Source: Myxococcota bacterium
Lineage (GTDB): Bacteria > Myxococcota_A > UBA9160 > JAFDDA01
Assembly (NCBI GenBank): GCA_965228475.1
Contig: OZ245817.1
Coordinates: 1,792,001 to 1,856,000, forward strand
Length of the DNA: 64,000 nt
Reading direction: 5' to 3'
The translations under genes and the position numbers were made by a program. Positions 59,733 through 64,000 of this stretch are shown here, piece by piece. The notes beneath the pieces are model-generated. The model had not been told where the DNA came from, did not search any database, and saw nothing but the letters and a program-made list of their open reading frames with translations. How positions within the stretch are numbered: the first letter of the stretch is position 1; each line of letters begins with the position of its first letter.

Positions 59733-60884
59733 TCAGTGGGGTCGCTCGAGGTCCGGCACGGTGATCCGGGCCATCTCCGCGAAGGAGTTCCCGAGCTGCC
59801 CGACCACGACCCAGCTCGTTCCCGCGGCGGAGAGGGCAAGAAGGAAGAGCCCGAGACAGGCCACGACCCGCGGCGCCACGCTCCGCCGCGTCGGTTCGGC
59901 CCGCTCGGGTGCCTTCCTGCGGACGGTGCGCGGCGCCGGCGCCGGAAAGACGCCGGCGTCCGCCAGCCAGTCCGCGATCTCGCGCCGCGCGTCCGCGGGG
60001 CTCGCGCCGCGGGCGGCCCGTTCGAGCCGTTCGCGAAGGGCCTGGGTGCTGCGCCCGCGCCGCTCGGGTTCGGACCGCAGCGCGTCGTGGACCACCCGGC
60101 GAAGGGCACGCGGCGTCTTCGGGACGACACGACCGAGTGCCGGGACCCGCCCCGCGGCGATCCGTTTCAGCAGCGGGTCCGTCTCCTCGTCCGGAGCGCC
60201 GAAGGGCAGGCGTCCCGCCACGAGTTCGTAGACCAGCACGCCGAAGGAGAAGACGTCGCTCCGGAAGTCGAGGCGCGCGCCCTGGATCTGCTCCGGCGAC
60301 ATGTAGGCCGGCGTGCCGAGAGCGGTGCCCGTCCGCGTCAGGCCGTGCCCCCGCGCATCCAGCGCGACGCCGAAGTCGGCGAGCTTCACTTCGCCGCCGC
60401 GGCCGACGAGCACGTTCGCCGGCTTCAGGTCCCGGTGCACCAGCCCGCGGCCGTGGATCTCCTCGAGCCCCCGCACGATCTCGAGCGCGACGAGGCAGGC
60501 GATCCGCGCCGGGAAGGCGCCCGCGCGCTGAAGCAGGGTCCCGAGATCCGCGCCTTCGACGTACTCCTGGGCGATGAAGGGACGCCCGCGAAAGCGGAAG
60601 CAATCGTAGACGCCGACGACGTTCGGGTGGTGGACGCCCGCGACGGCGCGCGCCTCCCGTTCGAATCGTTCGGCCTCCCGGGGGTCGTCGTCGAGGTCGC
60701 GGCGCAGGGCCTTCAGGACGACCCGGCGTTCGAGCGAAGGCTGTGATGCCAGGTAGACCACGCCCATGCCCCCGCGCGCGAGCTCGCGCTCGATCTCGTA
60801 GCGGGCGATCTTGCGTCCTGCCTCGCGCGTGGCCGCGGAAGCAGGCTGGGCGCGACGGGTCCGGGCGGAGCGTCCCGAAGACAC
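59733..60884 (-). CDS. Hanks-type Ser/Thr protein kinase with a C-terminal TM helix
   Basis: ARGGMGVVY, VVLK, FERE, HRDLKPAN, DFG, GTPAYMSPEQ, SDVFSFG. Confidence 0.96.
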   Translation of the reverse strand: MSSGRSARTRRAQPASAATREAGRKIARYEIERELARGGMGVVYLASQPSLERRVVLKALRRDLDDDPREAERFEREARAVAGVHHPNVVGVYDCFRFRGRPFIAQEYVEGADLGTLLQRAGAFPARIACLVALEIVRGLEEIHGRGLVHRDLKPANVLVGRGGEVKLADFGVALDARGHGLTRTGTALGTPAYMSPEQIQGARLDFRSDVFSFGVLVYELVAGRLPFGAPDEETDPLLKRIAAGRVPALGRVVPKTPRALRRVVHDALRSEPERRGRSTQALRERLERAARGASPADARREIADWLADAGVFPAPAPRTVRRKAPERAEPTRRSVAPRVVACLGLFLLALSAAGTSWVVVGQLGNSFAEMARITVPDLERPH

Positions 60885-60896
60885 GAGGGGCTCGGG

Positions 60897-61292
60897 CTAG
60901 AGGTCCGGGAGCTCGTAGACGGGCGGCGGGCCGTCCCGCTTTTCGAGCACGATCTGGAGGACGTGGCCGCCCAGGGCGATGCGGTCCCCGTGCTCGATCG
61001 GCTCGCTGCGGATGGTCTCGCCGTTCAGGCTCGTCCCGTTCGTGCTCCCGAGATCCACGGCGCGGAACCGGCCGGCGACGAACTCGATGGCGAGGTGCTC
61101 CTGGGAGATCGCTTCGTCCGGGAGAACGAGGTCGGCGTCCGTGGCGCGGCCGATCACGGTCCGTGGCCCTCCGACCGGAAACTCGTTGCCTGCCCCCGGG
61201 CCTTCGATCACGACGAGCGTCGCGCGCCAGGCGCCGAATCCTTCGTCCCGATCCGTCGTCGCATCCCGTTTGACCGTGCGTCCGTCCCGCAT
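60897..61292 (-). CDS. FHA domain protein
   Basis: VIGR...DLVL.D.AISQEH...DLGSTNGT.LNG...GDRI.LG. Confidence 0.94.
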   Translation of the reverse strand: MRDGRTVKRDATTDRDEGFGAWRATLVVIEGPGAGNEFPVGGPRTVIGRATDADLVLPDEAISQEHLAIEFVAGRFRAVDLGSTNGTSLNGETIRSEPIEHGDRIALGGHVLQIVLEKRDGPPPVYELPDL

Positions 61293-61409
61293 GCCGACCT
61301 CCCAAGGCCCACGCGGGCCCCTCCGCGGGCACCGAGGAGTGCCCGCCTTCCGTTCGCTACGGCAGGCCGGGGTGCGGGAAGGGTGAAACGGATCACAGCG
61401 CCGTACGGC

Positions 61410-62099
61410 TCAGCGTTCGTTGAAGCGGTATCCGACCCCGCGGACCGTCTCGATCACGCGGCGCTTCCGGCCGAGCTTCCGCCGGATGGCCTTCACGTGG
61501 GTGTCGACGGAGCGGTGCCCGGCCGCGGCATCGTCGCCCCAGACCGCCTCCACCAGCCGGCCGCGCGAGAGCACCCGGCCGGCATCGCCCATGAGGGTCT
61601 CGAGCAGCTCGAACTCGCGCGGCGTCAGGGCGATCGGCTCGTCGTCCACGCGCGCGCTGCGCGCCTCGACGTCCAGTACGACGCCGCCCCTCCGCTTCGG
61701 GGCCGCGGCTTCGGCCCCGGAGCGGGAGGTGGAGCGCCGGAGGATCGCGCGGACGCGGCCCGCCAGCTCGCGTCCGAAGAAGGGCTTCGGGACGAAGTCG
61801 TCCACGCCGCATTCGAAAGCCAGGATGCGGTCGATCTCGCTGTCGTAGCGGGTCACGATGACGACCGGGACGTGGGCCAGATCCTTCTCGTCGTGCAGCA
61901 GTCGCACGAGCCCGTGTCCCGATACGTCCGGCAGGTCGAGCTCGGTCACGAGCAGGTCGGGTGCCGACGCGCGGGCTCGTTCGAGGGCCCGCGCGGCGGT
62001 CTCGGCCTCGACCACGGCAATCGGCTCCTCGGCCAGGGCCTCGATGATTCGCCGCCTCGACTCGCGGTCGCTGTCGACGATCAACGCCGTCCGATCCAT
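61410..62099 (-). CDS. OmpR/PhoB-family response regulator with an atypical receiver
   Basis: LIVDSD, PDLLVTELDLPD, KPF; wHTH LTPREFELL...VLSR..L...VWG...RSVDTHV..IRRKL...IETVRGVGY. Confidence 0.93.
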   Translation of the reverse strand: MDRTALIVDSDRESRRRIIEALAEEPIAVVEAETAARALERARASAPDLLVTELDLPDVSGHGLVRLLHDEKDLAHVPVVIVTRYDSEIDRILAFECGVDDFVPKPFFGRELAGRVRAILRRSTSRSGAEAAAPKRRGGVVLDVEARSARVDDEPIALTPREFELLETLMGDAGRVLSRGRLVEAVWGDDAAAGHRSVDTHVKAIRRKLGRKRRVIETVRGVGYRFNER

Positions 62100-62144
62100 G
62101 GTGCCTGGGAGCCTCCCGCGTGCCCCTGTATGAGAACAGCAAGT

Positions 62145-62213
62145 GTGTGACGGAATCGGGTCGAAGCGGTGAAACACGGGTATCAAAGCGGTGACCGCGG
62201 ACGGACGCGGTCA
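62145..62213. promoter_or_regulatory. 11/22-bp periodic direct repeats (OmpR/PhoB-box-like) plus an 8-bp dyad in a divergent promoter region
   Basis: GTGA at 62147, 62169 and 62191; TCRAAGCGGTGA at 62161 and 62183; TGACCGCG-N6-CGCGGTCA at 62192-62213. Confidence 0.6.
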
Positions 62214-62285
62214 TTCAAGCTCCATGCGGCCGTCACGCAGCCAGCGCGCGGGTGCGCCATACACAGAACTGCGGAAGGAGCGGCA

Positions 62286-62615
62286 ATGCTGGACCGGATC
62301 GGTACGGAATCGGATGTGCAGTTCGAAGCGGACTGGCGGCTGGCCCGGGCGGTTTGCCAGGGAGATCCCGCGGCCTTCGCCCGGGTCTACGGCACCTATC
62401 TCCCGCCGGTGGCCCGCTTCGCAGCGAAGCACTGCACTTCGTCCCATGCGGCTGCCGAGCTCTCGGCGACCGCGCTCACCGCCGTGTTCGAGCACCTCGA
62501 GGGGTACTCGGGCCGGGTGGCGCTGGCGGCCTGGGTCCTCGCGATCTGCCGCAAGGTCCACGCCCTCGAGAGCGAGGCCAGCGGGCACGAAGCCCAGGAC
62601 GTTCGTTTCGGCTGA
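62286..62615 (+). CDS. ECF-type sigma70 region-2-only protein
   Basis: GAAGGAG RBS; D..L...V..GD.AAF..VY..Y...V.RFA...AAEL....L..VF..L..Y.G..AL.AWV.AI.R; stops at 109 aa with no region 4. Confidence 0.75.
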   Translation: MLDRIGTESDVQFEADWRLARAVCQGDPAAFARVYGTYLPPVARFAAKHCTSSHAAAELSATALTAVFEHLEGYSGRVALAAWVLAICRKVHALESEASGHEAQDVRFG

Positions 62616-62626
62616 GCCGCCTCCGG

Positions 62627-63469
62627 TCAGGCGGCCCGGCCGCCTTCTTCGCCACCTTCATCACGATTCCCGATCTCCCGGTATGCGCTCGGCGTCAGGC
62701 CGACCCGGCGCCGGAAGGTCGAGGTGAAGTGGCCGAGCGAACGCCAGCCGGTCTCGGCGGCCACCTCGATCACGGGCCGGTCCGTGGTGCGCAGGAGCTC
62801 CTTGGCGCGGCGCAGGCGGAGCTCCGACATGTACTGCCGGAAGGTGGTCGCGAGTTCGGTGCGAAAGAGTCTCGAGGTCTGTCGTTCCGACGTCCCCAGC
62901 TGCAGGGCGACGCTCGCGAGGTTCACCGAGTCGAGGGGGCCCTGGCCGAGCTCGTCGAGGACCCGCAAGAGCTGACTGCGGCGCTCCCGGGCCCTTCGTG
63001 GTTCGCGCGCCCGCGCCTCGATGAATCCGCCCGGGCCCGGCCGGATCAGGGCCAGCAGTTCGACCCGTCGAGCGGTTCGCTCGAGGTCACAGCCGGGGGC
63101 GGAAGCGTCGGGGGAGTTCGCGAGATCCCGCAGCAGCCGAGCCCCGCGGCGCGCGACGTCGCTGCCGGCGCGGTGGAGGTAGGGGCATTCGCCTTCTCTC
63201 GAGGGCGGCAGGCCCGCCAGGTGCCGGACCTCGAGGGCCCAGAGTTCGTCGGACTCGAAGGCCAGGAGGGTCGCGCCGGGACGATCCGCCTGGATCCGGA
63301 CCGCGCTCCCGGAGGGCACCGTGACGACGTCCCCGGCCTCGGCCCGCCATCGGAGGTCGCCGCCGTCGCTGACGATGGCGGTCTCTCGTTCGATCCAGAA
63401 CAAGGCCGGCCCCCGGATCTCGGTGGGCTCCGTGTGGGGTTCGATCGGCGCGACGTGGGGGGGTTCCAA
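62627..63469 (-). CDS. AraC-family regulator with a cupin-like N-domain (start uncertain; TTG at 63469 chosen)
   Basis: AGDVVTVPSG; SERQTSRLF...LRLRRAKELL...VIEVA.ETGW.SLGHFTSTFRRRVGLTPSAYR. Confidence 0.88.
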   Translation of the reverse strand: MEPPHVAPIEPHTEPTEIRGPALFWIERETAIVSDGGDLRWRAEAGDVVTVPSGSAVRIQADRPGATLLAFESDELWALEVRHLAGLPPSREGECPYLHRAGSDVARRGARLLRDLANSPDASAPGCDLERTARRVELLALIRPGPGGFIEARAREPRRARERRSQLLRVLDELGQGPLDSVNLASVALQLGTSERQTSRLFRTELATTFRQYMSELRLRRAKELLRTTDRPVIEVAAETGWRSLGHFTSTFRRRVGLTPSAYREIGNRDEGGEEGGRAA

Positions 63470-63839
63470 GGGGCACCTTGCCGGCTCGGCGTTTCCGGTT
63501 TCGCTCGACGGGAGCCCGAAGGCGGGGGCCGGAACTCGTGATTCGTTGGCGTTGGGGAAGGCGGTCTGCAGCACGCGCGAACTCCTCTCGCGACGTTCCC
63601 TTCCCGAAGTCGAGGTGGAAGATACGGGGCCTGGGTGGCAAGCCCGCGCAGGGGGAAAGGCACTTCGGCGGAGGCCCGGACGCGATCGTGAAGGCCGAAA
63701 ACGTTGCGCGCACCGCGCGGTGCGCTGCGTGAAGTTGCTCCGGCACGAGGTCGTGACGTTGATGTGAGGCGTCCGTTCGAACGAGAGCCGGCCGGGAGTG
63801 TGTTGAAGTTCGACGGACCGGAAGCCTATGCTGCCCGCG

Positions 63840-64000
63840 ATGTCACACGCAGCGATCGCGCGACGGTTCCCGATTCGAGTCACTCTTGCCTGCCTCCTCG
63901 TGACCGCCTGCGCGGGTGCGGGGCCCGAAGGCGAGCTGATTCCGAAGGTCTACGACGGGAGGCTGGTGGCGACCCCGGCGACGATCGCCTTTCCGGAAGT
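63840..64000 (+). CDS. Putative lipoprotein, N-terminal fragment (runs off the window)
   Basis: MSHAAIARRFPIRVTLACLLVTAC lipobox; frame open to the end; TTGAAG-18-TATGCT ends 7 nt before the ATG. Confidence 0.55.
   Translation, partial: MSHAAIARRFPIRVTLACLLVTACAGAGPEGELIPKVYDGRLVATPATIAFPE

Noticed and set aside
63708..63725. Perfect GC palindrome GCGCACCGCGCGGTGCGC in the AraC upstream region
   Set aside because: Almost entirely G/C, so plausible by chance; no U-tract and no second copy found.

Overview
High-GC bacterial chromosomal DNA from a Gram-negative organism. PEP-CTERM proteins, an outer-membrane barrel, a secretin domain, a Ser/Thr kinase-FHA pair and the tRNA-Leu-tig-clpP-clpX-lon block suggest a Myxococcota/deltaproteobacterial lineage; this is inference only. 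The window holds about 58 CDSs and four single tRNA genes (Lys-CTT, Leu-TAG, Val-TAC, Asp-GTC). It also has a long run of lipid/acyl-CoA catabolic and redox genes (about 15.7-45 kb) and several secreted or surface proteins. No rRNA, CRISPR array, transposase or integrase is visible. Most notable: (1) an archaeal AglB-like oligosaccharyltransferase with a degenerate WWDYG motif directly upstream of a PEP-CTERM gene, in a window with sequon-bearing secreted proteins; (2) a ~1.95 kb integrase-less islet in tRNA-Asp, bounded by a perfect 25-bp att repeat and carrying a HEPN-like ORF and a secreted trypsin-like protease; (3) a signalling cluster with a Ser/Thr kinase, an FHA protein, an OmpR-type regulator with Glu at the phospho-Asp position, a sigma-region-2-only protein and AraC, but no histidine kinase; (4) a 3-Cys SoxR-like regulator with a 19-bp-spacer promoter driving a Cys-Cys membrane protein; (5) a stand-alone minimal secretin; (6) a lipoprotein coupled to a permuted papain-like enzyme; (7) a 106-bp palindromic element overlapping the 5' end of tRNA-Val; (8) repeated leaderless-gene signatures. 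All family calls come from motifs read by eye, not from database searches.
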